A DNA stretch of 64,000 nt from Mobula hypostoma. Lineage: Eukaryota. Shown one piece after another: positions 38,801 through 52,626 of this stretch. The stretch is taken from NCBI RefSeq assembly GCF_963921235.1, contig NC_086097.1, forward strand, positions 219,668,001 to 219,732,000, written 5' to 3'. The position numbers and the translations under genes were made by a program. Positions within the stretch are counted from its first letter, which is position 1, and each line of letters begins with the position of its first letter. A model generated the notes under the pieces. It was not told the DNA's origin and did no database searches. It was given only the letters and a program-made list of their open reading frames with translations.

Positions 38801-39984
38801 GTACGGCTATTGAACCATTGCAGTTAGTGTGGGGAAGTTTGCTTCAAATAATTGCAGGTAGTGAAGTTCGATATATTTGGTCTGAATTTTGATTTTGATA
38901 GTACGGTTAAAAAGTATACAAGTCAGTAGGATGTGTAATCTGGGAGTGTTTTCTGTGTGCCTGTTGCCATGGGGGAAGTCACAGGTTTTGGAAGTGCTGC
39001 TAAAATTCTGCCCTATTCAGCTAGGCAAACAACTTAATTCAACCTCCTTTTTTCTGAAAAGGGAACAAGGGCTAGTTGTAGAACATGGAACCAAATCCAT
39101 ACCAGATATTTTGATGATCCGTTTTAATCTTTGAAATAGTAGTGACTTTCCACAGGAAGTGATGACAACTGATAATAACATTCTTGGAAATTTATGATGT
39201 TATGAGTACAAAGGCAGTGACAACAACATGCAGTTGAATGTTATCTTTAATGCAAAAAGAATGTCTCAAAGTATTTCACAACAGCTTGTGGGTGCTAAAA
39301 TAGAGTGGTTTGGGATGGTTGACAGCATGGCCTTAAATGTGGAGAACAAAGGCCAGGAGAAAGATGGTGAGGGATGGAGTAGGGATTTGGGGAGTGGGGG
39401 TAAACTGATGTCACAGATGTAGAATCCAGACTATATGTAGACTACAAAATAAACATCGTAAGTTTGCGGCCTGGAATGAACACAAACTGATAGAAGTGAG
39501 CAAAGGTTGAATGCATTGGGTAATTTGGAGTTCTAAGCAGGACAAGTGAGTCAAACCCTCAGCTAGAGAGCCAGAAAGCAAGATTCAGTAAGAGGCAGTA
39601 AAAAAAAAGTTGCAGAAGGAGCTCTGCAGGGGGAAGAAATTGTCAATATTTTAAGTGAAGGCCTTGCAACTGAGAGCAGAGAAGGAAGATCACTGGTATA
39701 AAGAAGGGAGGGAGGGTGAGATGGGGTGCAGGAGTTGGTAGGTGGATTAAGGAGGGGTGAAGGATGGTGGGCACATGGAGGCGAGTGGAGAAAGGGCAAG
39801 GGTAGAGTTGTTAGATGGAGGCTGGTGTGTTGTATGTTGAAGAAAGCAAAGGCAAATGGAGCCAGATGCAGGGAGGGGAAGGGAAGTTGGAGACAGCCAC
39901 TGGAGGGTGGGTGAAAGTGTGGCAGGGTATGGATTGGAAACCCTGAGAAGATTATAGTGGCAGCAACCTTAAATTATTTGGGAC

Positions 39985-40335
39985 GGCAGGTATATCACAG
40001 CTTAGCAATGCTGCCGCCACAGAACTCCAGTGACCTAGGTTCAATCCTGACTGCCGGTACTTTCTGTATGATGTTGGCACATTTACCTTGTCAATGTATG
40101 TTTTTTTATTTCCGGATGCTCCAGCTTCCTCCCACATCCTGAAGATATGCAGGTCGGCAGGTCAAATGGCTCCCGTAAGTTGCCCCTTAGTGGTAGAACA
40201 TGATGAGCAATTTACTGGAGAGTGGAGAAAATTAAAGAATATTAACGGAGCATTAGTGCGAATGAGTGCTTGATATTCAGCATGGACCTGGTTGGCTGAA
40301 ATACCTGTTTCCGTGGATGTACGACCCATAGCTCT
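39985..40335 (+). mobile_element. V-SINE/HE1-like SINE with CR1-like tail
   Basis: ggttcaatcctgac B box; tttccggatgctccagcttcctcccacatcc; tail ggctgaaatacctgtttcc. Confidence 0.75.
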
Positions 40336-41384
40336 AAACTGATTAAACTAATGTTTACAGGAGGAGATTTCGCCTCCTCTCATATTCCTTATGAACAAAT
40401 AATCTGACATGATAGGAGAAGAGGAACTTTTGAGGCATGTAGTGCAGAGATGGGACTAATCTGTCAGCTGTTTGAAAGCTGGCCTATGAGAAAACTCTGA
40501 ATGACTCAGGTAGGTGAAGGAGGTCAAAGACAGATTACTGAGGAACTCGAAGTAACACTTTACAGACAGGAAGAGAAGCCACCGCAGGAAAGCGTCTAGC
40601 TGCAGAGATACAAGTAACTTCCTCAAGCAACAAACGATCTGCTGGGAGAATTCAGCAGGTCAAGCAGCATTTGTGGGAGGAAAGAAATTGTTGATGTATT
40701 GGGGCAACACCTTGCATCAATACTGAGTCTAGCTACCACCATTTGGGTCACTGTAGAAAGAAGCAGCAGAAATCTCAGTAAGTCGGACAATAGAAACAAA
40801 CCTTTGGGTGAATATAGTTTAATCATCCATGGTGAGGGCTGCAAGCAGGTCAATGAAGAAGAGGGGTCTTCACTAGGGTCATATTGACAGAAGATGCTAT
40901 TTTGACTTTGATTTGAAATCCTTTGGTACTTCAAGACACTCAGAGACGTTGTGGGAACAATATTCACATAAGTGTCAGGTGGCCAATGTTCAAAGAACTT
41001 AGAGAAGGTGATATTTCAAGTGCCAGCTGCTCATGGGTGGGACATTATGAAGAGGGGTGAGATTTATGGCAGTTCATGAAAGGAAAGGGCAATATTTCAG
41101 ACAGAGAACATGTGACTAGAGAGGATGTTGAGTGAAGAGTACTTCATCAGCAATGGGACAAGGTAGCGTGATGTGGCTCAGCTCATAGAGGCCTTGAGAA
41201 GAGAGGAGAGCCTGGAGTACAAGGGACCTGGGCAAAAGATGTATTGGGACAGAAGGAAAGAGAAGTAGCGGAGGCAGTGAATTGGAGGATTGTAACTGTA
41301 ACTGAACAATAAACCTGTTGTTGTCTTACAGTTAAGGGAACCATTTAAGCAAATGCCATTAATAGTGATGGAACTGATGCATTG

Positions 41385-41870
41385 TGTCAAGATGAGGCCA
41401 CCCTCAGGTTGGAGGATGAAACACCTTGTATTCCATCTGGGTATCCTCCAATATGATGGCATGAATATTGATTTCTCCTTCTGGTGAACAAATTTCTCCC
41501 CCCCCGCCCCCGCAATAACCCACTCTGATATTTCACTTCTTCTCACCTAACCGTACTTCCCCCTGGGTCCCTTCCTCCTTCCCTTTCTTCTATTAGCCAC
41601 ACTCCTCTCCTGTCAGATTCTTTCTTCTCCAGCCCTTGACCTCTTCCCTTCCACCTGGCTGCACCTGTCACCTTCCAGCTAGTCTCTTTCCCCTGTCCCC
41701 TACCATTTTATTCAGGCATCTTCCCCCTTCCTTCTTAGTCCCAAAGAAGGGTCTCGGCCCAAAATGTTGACTATACTCTTTTCCATAGATGATGCCTGAC
41801 CTGCTGAGTTCCTCCAGCATTTTGTGTGTGTTGCTTTGGATTTCCACCATCTGCACACTTTCTCGTGTTT
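41385..41870 (+). mobile_element. Penelope-like element 3' end (GIY-YIG tail plus pLTR)
   Basis: QDEATLRLE...DGMNIDFS; pyrimidine-rich tract; hammerhead-like motif at 41737-41772. Confidence 0.85.
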
Positions 41871-41919
41871 GTGATGGCATTATGGAATAGACCAAATACT
41901 ATTGTGGATCGTGTTAGGA

Positions 41920-41999
41920 CAGAAGTTCCCAACCTTTTTCATGCCAAAAAGCCTTACCATTAACTGAGGGGTCCATTGACTCAAGGTTGGGGACCCCTG
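41920..41999. mobile_element. 80-bp hAT(Charlie)-like MITE
   Basis: TIRs cagaagttcccaacct / aggttggggacccctg, like the element at 60561. Confidence 0.65.
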
Positions 42000-44261
42000 T
42001 TTTTAGGGTATGTTGATGTTTGAGGATTCAGACATTTTCTGATATTTTACCTTTCAATTGTTTCCATGTTTTTTTTTGCTGGGCTCTGCATAAGTAACGA
42101 GAGTTTGGAGGATTGACACTTTCTGACAAACCTTTTCTTCTGGCAGAAAGACCACTAACCAGAAGGTAAAAATTTAAGATAACTGGGAAGAGAACTCGAG
42201 AAGAAATATATTATCTTTAGTTTAGGAAGGGTTTCAACTTCGAATCAAACTGACTTTTTGTACGGCTGCTTTTAGCCTGAGACTGAGAGCCTTACATCCA
42301 TGAATCATACTGCTCAGTCTAGCTCTGTTGTCCAGGCAACGGGCTCATGGACCCAGTTCTTTGTGGACCTTTCAGTCCTGTGGGTTCCAATTGATAGATT
42401 TTTTATGTATTCTTCCCAACTTTCTTTTTGCTGAATTTGCAATTGAATGTTTGCCTAAAGATTTTGCCACTAAGGTAAGGGTCTGAGTCTTATAAAATCC
42501 AAATTGAAATATCAATATGAAAATAATCTTATCTTTCATTGGTGAAATATTGTAAGTGCTTACATTGAGCTTGTGATATAGGCTGTGGACATTCATGGTA
42601 CACGGACAGCTATCAGCTACACCATAATACATGCAGCAACTTATCCAAATGCAGTGGGAACAAGGTCAAAAGATAGAAATAATTCAAAAAGATGCCGGCA
42701 TCCATTAACATAATACAAATAAATATTCACATCCACATTCCACAATATCAGATCAAATAAAAAGAAAGATTTGCATTTATATAGCATGGTCACCAGAACA
42801 TCCCAAAGCATTTCATGTGTAGTATTTTGTAGTCTTTTTACTTTGGTAGTGCAGGTAATTATGTTCAGTAGCATATAACTATGATTTTAAATATAGTACC
42901 ACAAATTTGCATGTACATGATGCAAAATAACATGCCGTTGCTATCTTTACACATTGCCAAAATCCAGGAAAGACTAAACCTGGAACTCTGAAAATATATC
43001 TGTTTCGGCTCCGCCAGGAAGCAAGTCCACAGAGAAGCATTTCTGACTACTATGTGCAAAACCGCAAAAATTCCTTTATAACATTTAACTCTGGAGGAAG
43101 AAACAAGTAAGTTTGTTATGGACTAATCCACTGCATCCAGTGTCAAAAGCTGTCCATGAGCAGATTCCCAGCTACCATCACAAGAGCCCTCATTGCCAGT
43201 TGCTTTGCTTCATGGTACAAATGGGGCAGTGGTGCCTCAAATCTGATTAGACCTGAAGGGTACAAAAGCCAGTGGGGCTTTGGGGGTTACAGGGCATGGA
43301 ATCGTGTGTGATGTGAAGGCGAGGCATGGTTGGGGTGTCAGGCATTCGGCACAAGAAAATCCAGTTCCATTTTTTTTTTGTTTTAATTGAAGACTTAACT
43401 GTTGGAACATTTATTTGAGTAATTGATGGTAGTGGAACTCTTGAGCCGTAGTTATTTATATTGAAGTATCCAAATTAGCAGCTCAATATTCCAGGATAGT
43501 CTAATCTAAAAATTGCATTTTCTAGGGAAGAAGCTGGGATCTAAATTCTGGCACACAGGAGAATCCATTTCAGATTTATTGAAGTTAACTGAAAAATCAT
43601 TAAAAGTTTCATTTTTTAAAATGACACTTCTTTGTAAAGCAGCGTTTTTGAGACTTATCAATACTTTCTCAGCTATATATGTTAAATCAGTAAGCCAGAA
43701 TACTAAGAAGAGTACACAAAACCACAAAGGGGTCTCCTGCAAAATTCTGGCTGAAGTTTATTCAAAAGCTGGCAACTGGCTCTGGAGCAAGAATATGGTT
43801 AGCAATGTTCCAACAGAGGCCATATCTGGTATGATCTGGACAAAGCAGGTTCTGCTAGTTTCCTCTACCCCTCCCCTTTCTGATCGAGTGATCGCCTTGT
43901 TAACGACAAAACTTGGGCTATTTAGCACTCTCCCTGTGAAGTAAGTAAACCTGTTATTTTGACCTTCTTTCTTTAATTTCAAATTCCTAGAGACTAGTTT
44001 TTACTTATTATTCTGTTAAATTGGGAACTTAATCTTAACCATTGATGATCCAATCCTGGCTATTTTGTTTTCTCAGAATCTGGACTAATATGTTATATTT
44101 TAAAAAGCAAACTTTTACATATGAAGCAACTTAACAAATTGTCAGTACCTCCAAAACCATTTAAAATCCAGTAAATTAGTTTGAAAATGTCAGCCGTTTG
44201 GGGTACACATGTTATATACAATATTACAATCTAATGGTAGAGGCCCAGGGCCCATTTACTT

Positions 44262-45805
44262 AAGAACATAAGAAACAAAAGTAGGAGTAGGCCAATCAGC
44301 CCTTCAATCCTGCTGTGCTATTCATTAAAATTATGGTTAATGTGATCCTGGTCTCACCACTATCTTTCTGGGCTTTCCCTTATTCCCACTGATTCTCTCA
44401 TAATTCAAGTCTCTGTCCATCTGTTTTGAATATTTCCAATCACTACATCTCCACAGTTCTCTGGTGTGGAAAATTCCAGACATTTATGACCCCCTGAAAG
44501 AAGAAATTTCTCCTAATTCTCCTCCTAAATAAGCAATGTGTGATTCTGAAATAATGCCCCATAGTTGTAAATGTTGTAGAACACCATAGCTGAGAACAGG
44601 CCCTTTGGCCCATCATAGTTGGGAGCTTAACATCCAAGGATACACATTGTATCGAAAGGACTGGTAGGTAGGCAGAGAGGGTGGGGTGGTTCTGTTGGTA
44701 AAAAAAATAAATCCAATCCTTGGAAAGAAGTGACATAGGATTGGAAGATGTAGAATCCTTGTGGGTAGAGTTAATAAACTGCAAGGGTGAAAAGACCCTG
44801 ATAGGCATTATATACAGGCACCTGAACAGTAGCCAGGATATAGGATATAAATTAGATCAGGAGATAGAAAAGGTATGTTAAAAGGGCAAGTTACGACAGT
44901 TATGGGGGAATTCAATATGTAGGTAGATTGCGAAAATCAGGTTAGTACTGGATCCCAAGAGAGGGAATTTGTAGAATGCCTATGAGATGGTTTTTTAGGG
45001 AAGTTTGTGGTTGAGCCCACTAGGGGAAAGGCAACTCTGGATTGACATTTGTGTAATGAATCAGATTTGATGAAGGATCTTAAGGTAAAGGAACCTTTAG
45101 GAGGCAATGATCATAGCTAAAATCAGATGTATCAGTATTACAGTGAAATAAAGGGAATTACAGAGGCACGAGAGAGGAGCTGGCCAAAGTTGATTGGAAG
45201 GGAACACTAGCAGGTATGATGGCAGAACAGCAATGGCTGGAGTTTCTGGGGGCAAATTGGAAGGCACAAGATAGATACATCCTTGACATGAAGTATTCTA
45301 AAGGGAGGATGAGGCAACCATGACTGACAAGGAAAGTCAATGACAGCATAAAAGCAAAGGAGAAGGCATATAAGATAGCAAAAGTTGGGAAGCTTTTAAA
45401 ATCAACAGAGGACAACTAAAAAGCCATATGAAAAGACCTGTTTTTCTGACATGTCTCACCTATCTTGCAAAGAAAAGGTTTCTCTCAACATCCATCCTTG
45501 CTGTCTTCCTCAGAATTCTCTTATTTAAATATATCACATCTTATTCTTCCATATTCCATAATCCAATAAATATAGGCTCAAGCTTCTCAACTTTCATTTG
45601 CAGGTCAACCCCATGCAGACCATAAGGCATTGGAGCAGAATTAGGCCAGTCAGCCCATCAAGTCTGTTCTGCCATTTCATTATAGCTGATATATTATCTC
45701 TCTCAACCACTCTCCTGCCTTCTCCCCATATTCTTTGACACCCTTACTAATCAAGAAGATACCTACCTCTGGTTGAAATATACCCAATGACTTGGTCTCC
45801 ACAGA
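44262..45805. mobile_element. Cluster of CR1 fragments (44262-44570 minus, 44615-45428 plus APE region, 45617-45805 minus)
   Basis: RRNFFFQGVINVWN; gtaggcagagagggtggggtgg matches the APE region at about 31.6 kb; CR1 tails. Confidence 0.8.
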
Positions 45806-45859
45806 TGGATGAGTCCTGGGTCCTAAACAGCACTTTTAGGAAAATGATTCATCTGTGCC

Positions 45860-46720
45860 TTCTTTCAACTTGCCATTCCCATTCCCACACCAAACTGGCC
45901 ACCTTTGGCTGTCTTTGGGCTTTTCCACTGTCAGGATGAGATCCAATGCAAAGTGGTGGATCAGCATCTCATTCTGCCTGGTTACTCTATAGCCCATTGA
46001 TGATAATGAGCATTGAATTTTCCAATCTCATGTAAACCTCTTCTCAGAATCCCCTTCTCTCTCTTTCTCATCCCAGACCTCCTCTTATTGTCCTCTCTTT
46101 GTCCCATGTCCTAAAATCCACCCTCCTCTATCCTCAACGATTTCTGTCCCCCTCACCCCGCCCCTTCCTAGTTCCATTCACCCGCTACCCACACATTTCA
46201 CCCACTTGTTCTGTCAACCATCACCCAATTTCCATCTGCCTTCGCCCCTAATGGTTCTTATCATCACCTTCTTTACATCAAATTCCATCACTGGGTGTCT
46301 TTGTGCTCATCGCTCTCTAGCAGCTGCCTCCGCCTTCACCCTCCCCACCTCTCTTTCATCTTCCTTGTTAGTTTTTTTTTCCCCTCTCTGCTCCATCCAC
46401 CAAGTCTCCTAACTCTACCCTTCCCCTTCCCCTACCTGGTTGGATCACCCTCATCATCATTCAATACTCCCTTTCCCCCTTAGTCCACCAATCACTGGTC
46501 CCTATCTTATCTGACCCTCCCCCCTCCCCTGTTACGATGGCCATCTTCTCTCTATTCTCAGCCCTGCTGCAGATCTTGACTTGAGACATTGACAAGTCCT
46601 TATGCTTACAAAGTCAATCTGGAGCAAAACCCAATCTGGTGGAAGTACTCAACTGCTGAGTTCTTCTAACAGATTATTTGTTGCTCCATATTTCAGCATC
46701 TGCAGAGTTTTGTGTCTCCA
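45860..46720 (+). mobile_element. Degenerate Penelope-like 3' end and CT-rich pLTR
   Basis: tgtcaggatgag..cagcatctcatt..gcattgaattttccaatc; end tcagcatctgcagagtttt. Confidence 0.55.
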
Positions 46721-47039
46721 TCAACTTAATGAACATTCCAAGGTCAGCAACTATCTTCCTTCATTAAATATAGAGATCAAAATTGCATGCAGTTTTCCAC
46801 ATGCAATCGAATTATTGCCCTGTAAATTTCCATCAACCTTCCCATTTTTGTACTCCATGTATTTTGCAATAAAGGCTAATGTACCATTAATGATCCTAAT
46901 TACTTCCTGTACTTGGAATGCTATTGCACGCCATGTAAATAATAATTTGCTTCCTTTTTCTTCTTTCCAATCAGATTTCCTCATGTTATATTCCAACTGC
47001 CAACCTCATGCCCATTTCACATAATGTTGAAGAGATAGT

Positions 47040-47680
47040 GAAGTTTATTGTCATACACACAAGTACTATACGTCTGCACAGGTGCAATGAAAGCTTTCAG
47101 CAGCATCACAGGCACACAGTATTAGATACATAATGTTCACAAATAAAACAAACAGAAATCATACAAAAACGTGAGAAGAAATGCATTTTCAACAAAAACA
47201 AAGGTCTATTGTAGTGCAAAGCGGTTAGTTTTGCTGTACTAAGGTAGTGATTATCGTTGTTCAGGTTGGTTCAATAACGAAATGTTTTTTTCTGGCATCT
47301 TCCCCCTTCCTTCTCAGTCCTGAAGAAGGGTCTCGGCCTGAAATGCCGATTGTTTATTAATTTCCATAGGTGCTGCCTGACCTGATAAGTTCCTCTAGCA
47401 ATTTGTGCGTATCGCTTTGGTCACTGGGAAACAGCTTTTGTTAAACCTGATGGTGTGGGACTTCAAGTTTCTATACCTTTTATCTGACAGTAGCTGTGAG
47501 AAGATGGCATGGTCTGGATGACAAGGAGCTTTGATAATTGTTACGTTCTTGAGTCAGTGCCTCATGTGGATACTACAAATAGTGGGAAGGGATATGCCCA
47601 TGGTGATTAAGGTTGTGCACTACTGTGCAACTACTTGTATCCCTGCACAGTTAAATTGCCGTACTAGTCCATGATGTGTA
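47040..47680 (-). mobile_element. Rex1-like 3' fragment containing a Penelope pLTR piece (47285-47420, plus strand)
   Basis: aagtttattgtcatacac tail; hammerhead-like motif at 47316-47351. Confidence 0.6.
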
Positions 47681-47774
47681 TTTATGTACCTTTGTAGGCT
47701 TAGTGTCTTCCTTACATATTTCTACCACATCATATGCAAATATATCAAGTCCTGTATCAACTCCTTCATAGAGT

Positions 47775-50275
47775 CATAGAACACTACAGCATAGAAACAA
47801 GTCCACTGGCCTGCTAGTCCTTAGTGGACTATTAATCTGCCTAGACCTGTTGACCTGCACCAGACCACAGCCGTCCATATTCCTCCTGTCCGTGTACTTA
47901 TCCAAACTTTTTTTAAATGTTAAAATTGAAAACGCATCCACTACTTCCACTGGAAACTGGTTCCACACTCTCATCACCTTCTAAGTGAAGAGATTCCTCT
48001 TCATGTTCCCCTTAAACATTACACCTTTCACCCTTAACGTATGACCTCTAGTTGTAGTCTCACTCAACCTCAGCGGAAAAAGCCTGCTTGCATTTACCCT
48101 ATCTAAACCCTTCATGATTTTGTATACCTCTATCAAATCTCTTCTCAATCTCCTACACTCTAGGGAATAAAGTCCGAACCCATTCAATCTTTCCCTACAA
48201 CTCAGGTACTCGAGACTTGGCAACATCCTTGTAAATTTTCTCTGCACTCTTTCAACGTTATTGATAACTTTTCTGTAGCTACCATAGGTAACCAGAACTG
48301 CACATAATACTCCAAATTAGGCCTCACCAACAATTTCAACATAACAACCCACTCATACACTCAATACATTGATTTATGAAAGCTAATGTGCCAGAAGCTT
48401 TCTTTAGGACCCTATCTACTTGTGACACCACTTTCAAAGAATTGTAGTTCTGCACTCACAGATATTTCTTTTCTACCACATTCCTCAGTGCCCTACCGCT
48501 CACTGTGTAAGACGTACTCTGGTTTGTCCTCCTAAACTGCACCACCTCACACTTATTTGCATTAGTTCCATCTGCCAGTTTTCAGCCCATTTTTCCAGCT
48601 GGTCCAGATCCTGCTGCAAGCTTTGATAGTCTTCCTCCCCGTCCACTACACCCCCAATCTTGGTGCCACCCACAAATTTACTGATCTAATTTACTACATT
48701 GTCAATTAGATCATTGATAACAATGCAAAAGACGTATACTGTGCGGAGTTCTCCAGCACATTTTCACTCTGAGTCTCAGCCTGTGAGACTGTGACGAAAA
48801 CATCATGTGTGGTCAAGAAGGGCCAACCAAAAGTCTTGAGTACTACCATCCAGTGGCTCTGACCTCCCACATCATGAAGCCCCTACAGAGGCTCGTCCTG
48901 GCTCACCTCGGACCCCTGGTCAGATCAGCCCTTGATCCCCTGCAGTTTGCCTACTAGGAGCACATGATGATGCTGTCATCTACCTGCTGAACAGAGCCTA
49001 ATCTCATTTGGATAAGCAGGACAGTATTGTGAGGATCATGTTTTATTTTTGGTTTCTTAAGTGCCTTCAATACCATACAGCCTTCACTACTGGGGAAAAA
49101 GCTCTGCTCAATGCAGGTTGGCACTTCCATTGTATCCTGGATAATGGACTAACTGACTGGCAGACTACAGTTTGTGTGGCTTCAGAGCTGTGTGTCAGAC
49201 TTGGCTATAAGCAGTACTTGGGTCCCATATGGGACTATAGTGGCTCCCTTCCTGTTCACCCTGTATATAGTACCTCGGATTTTAGATACAGCACTGAGTC
49301 ATGCCATCTGCAAAAATTCTCTGATGACTCAGCAGTAGTTGGTTGTATAAAAGGAGGATGGGGGATGAATACAGGGTCTTGGTGGAGGATTTTGTCAAAT
49401 GGTGTAAGCTGAATCATCTGCAGCTCAACATTAGTAAGACAAAGGTGATGGTGATGGACTTTAGGAAGTGTGCACTGCTCCCTGTTACTGTTTTTGGTGT
49501 ACCCCAGGGAGTGCACCTGGATGACAGACCTGAGTGGAGCACCGACACAGTGATGCATACAAGAAGGGCCAGAGTCACCTCTACCTCCTGAGGAGACTGG
49601 GACCCATTAGAGTATGCAGGCCTCTCCTTCACATGTTCTGTCAGTCTGTTGCCAGTACAATCTTCTGTACGATCGTGTGCTGGGTCAATGGCATTAACGT
49701 GGGTGATGCTAACAGGCTCAATAAACTAATTAGAAAGGCTGGCTCTGTTATGGGAGTCAAACTGGACACACTAGCGGCTGTGGTAGAACATAGGACCCTA
49801 CGGAAAATCCTGGCAATTCTGGAAAATGTTTCTCATCCTCTGCATGCCACCTTGGCTGAACAGAAGAGCATGCAAAGGAGCAGAGGGGGAACCCTCAGCC
49901 GTTTGGCTCTATAATCGGTCAACCTATACCCGGGGAAGTGATGATCCCTCCTGTTAGACTATTTGAGGTAACTTATGTTTTACTGTTTCTACTTGTCTTC
50001 TAATATTTATATCGATGCATTTGTAATGCTACTGTGACACTAATTTCCTTTGGATTCAATAAAGTATCTATCAATCTATCTACAAACAACAACAGACACA
50101 GCACTGATCACTGCAGCAGGCCTCCAGTCAGAAAGGCAACCATCTACTACCTCTCTCTAGCTTCTCCACTGAAGCCGATGTCTAATCCAATTTGCTACCT
50201 CATCCTGAATGCCAAGCGACTGAACCTACTTGACCAACTTCCCAATGGGGACCTTGACAAAAGCCATGCTGAAAT
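47775..50275 (-). mobile_element. CR1-type LINE (47775-48719 and 50083-50275) split by a Rex1/Babar insertion
   Basis: QRKFTRMLP..RRDLIEVYKIMKG..RGHTLRVKG; the CR1 RT resumes after 50083 (accttgacaaaagcc..gctgaaatc is the reverse complement of a DFSKAF-like motif). Confidence 0.85.
48722..50082 (+). mobile_element. Rex1/Babar LINE (RT to 3' end, decayed)
   Basis: LDPLQFAY; LQKFSDDSAVVGCI; NHLQLNISKTK; DANRLNKLIRKAGSV; aataaag(tatc)n tail. Confidence 0.9.
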
Positions 50276-50284
50276 CATTAATAT

Positions 50285-50515
50285 TAGTCTTCTTTTTTCC
50301 AGAGTGGGAATGTCAAGTATCAGAGTGCATAATTTTAGGGTGAGAGGTGGAAAATTTGAAAGAAATTTATGAGGCAAGATTCTTACACAGAGGGTGGTAG
50401 GTGCCTGTAACATTCTGCCAGGAGAGATGCTGGAAGCAGATTCAATAGCAAATTTTAAGAGGCATTTAGATGGACACATGAACAGAGCTCTTCCTGTGCG
50501 GTACTTTTCTATGTT
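50285..50515 (+). mobile_element. CR1 3' fragment
   Basis: RVHNFRVRGGKF; ttttaagaggcatttagatgg. Confidence 0.75.
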
Positions 50516-51882
50516 ATAAGCCAGATTTAGAAAAATATATAAAAATGCTTTAAAGCAGCATCAATATAAAAGCAGTATCAATATAAAAGCTGTCTCATTC
50601 TGTATGGCAAGAAACTGTAGATATTTCACTCAAATCTTTTTGTTGCTATGTACAAATCCTATGGCTCTGTTAAGCACTTGCGGTAGGTTATATTCATGGG
50701 AAAAGATTTGATTATATCTTCACAAATCTTCACTTACTAATAGGATTTTAAGGTACAAAACCTTTACTGAGTCACAGGGCTGTACCACACACAAAATTAA
50801 GAAATAATAATTTCATGATGTTCATGGCTAGCTTGGATAGCGTTAATTTCCAGCAATAGACCATAGATTCTGGAAAAATTGAGCACATCAGCCAGTATAT
50901 GTGGACAGGAAATCTGAGTTAACATTTTAAGTCAGTGGCCTTTAGATCAGGACTGGAAAAAGTTAAACACATAGCAGAGATGAGGGAAAGCATTGAGGCA
51001 GGAAAAGGTGATGAGTAAGAGAAAGGGTGGAAGGCATGAAAGGAGAGAGAGTAGACACAAAATGGGCAAGAATGGGACAAGCAAAAGTTAAATCAACACA
51101 GATGTGAATGGTGTTAGCTAATGCTAATTACTAGCAGTGGAAAAAATCTGCAGTGACTATAATCTGAAAGCTATATTGCGCATAGTAGATTATGAAGTAG
51201 AACATCAAAAGGATTAATTCCCACCTACATTGAATTCGTACAGAAAGTTAATTAGATATAAGAATGTTCAAATTCCAAGTTGCAGTTTCCCTAAATATAC
51301 CTTTTAAAAAAATACTTGTCTGTTTATTTATCCCTTTTGTTAAATTGCTCTGCCTTCCATTCTCAGATGTTTCCTATTCCCTTTCCTCCCATCTTTCATC
51401 AAATGCACAAGTAGAGAAAACAGGAATGGGAAGAAAGAGAATAGGAAAAAAATTCTTTCTGTTTTGACAGAAGTTAAATCTGAAATCTTAGTGCTTTTTC
51501 TATCTCTCACTCACTACCTCCCTTTACCCCTCCCTCTCCGGCCCCCTCTCTCCCTCCCGGCCTCTTGCCGTGGACCCCTTTGCCCCACCACCCTCCCTCT
51601 CTTACCCTCTTGCTTTTGTCCTCCCTCTATTGAGTTCTTTTTCAATATCCCTTTTTTTTTCTATTTCTCTTTATCTCTCACTCTCATCTCTTTATCTCTA
51701 TCATACATCACTATCTCCTTGCCCTTCTCTATCTCACTGTAGCTTTCTCTCGTTCTATCTTTCTGCATTTCTATTTCCTTGTGTATATAACAGGAATTCT
51801 GCAGATGCTGGAAATTTAAGCAACACACATCAAAGTTGCTGGTGAACACAGCAGGCCAGGCAGCATCTCTAAGAAGAGGTAC

Positions 51883-51918
51883 AGTCGACGTTTTGGGACG
51901 AGACCCTTCGTCAGGACT
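51883..51918 (-). ncRNA. Minimal hammerhead ribozyme motif (G12 to A)
   Basis: agtc-ctgacga-a-ggg-tctcg-tccc-aaaa-cg-tc-gact. Confidence 0.65.
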
Positions 51919-52590
51919 AACTGAAGGAAGAGTTAGTAAGAGATTTGAAAGTGGGAGGGGGAGGGGGAGGGGGAGATCCAAAATGATAGGAGAAGACAGG
52001 AGGGGGAGGGATGGAGCCAAGAGCTGGACAGGTGATTGGCAAAGGGGATACGAGAGGATCATGGGACAGGAGCTCCAGGGAGAAAGACGGGGGGGGGGGA
52101 ACCAGAGGATGGGCAAGGGGTGTAGTCAGAGGGACAGAGGGAGAAAAAGGAGAGTGAGAGAAAGAATGTGTGTATAAAAATAAATAACAGATGGGGTACG
52201 AGGGGGATGTGGGGCATTAGCGGAAGTTAGAGAAGTCGATGTTCATGCCATCAGGTTGGAGGCTACCCAGACGGAATATAAGGTGTTGTTCCTCCAACCT
52301 GAGTGTGGCTTCATCTTTATAGTAGAGGAGGCCGTGGATAGACATAACAGAATGGGAATGGGATGTGGAATTAAAATGTGTGGCCACTGGGAGATCCTGC
52401 TTTCTCTGGCGGACAGAGTGTAGGTGTTCAGCAAAACGGTCTCCCAGTCTGCGTCGGGTCTCGAGATCCCCTCTGCCAATCACTTGTCCAGCTCTTGGCT
52501 CCATCCCTCCCCCTCCTGTCTTCTCCTATCATTTTGGATCTGCCCCTCCCCCTCCCACTTTCAAATCTCTTACTAACTCTTCCTTCAGTT

Positions 52591-52626
52591 AGTCCTGACA
52601 AAGAGTCTCGGCCTGAAACGTCGACT
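52591..52626 (+). ncRNA. Minimal hammerhead ribozyme motif (G8 to A)
   Basis: agtc-ctgacaa-a-gag-tctcg-gcct-gaaa-cg-tc-gact. Confidence 0.6.

Noticed and set aside
43513..43944. 143-aa ORF
   Set aside because: Non-ATG start, no recognisable domain, composition typical of AT-rich non-coding DNA
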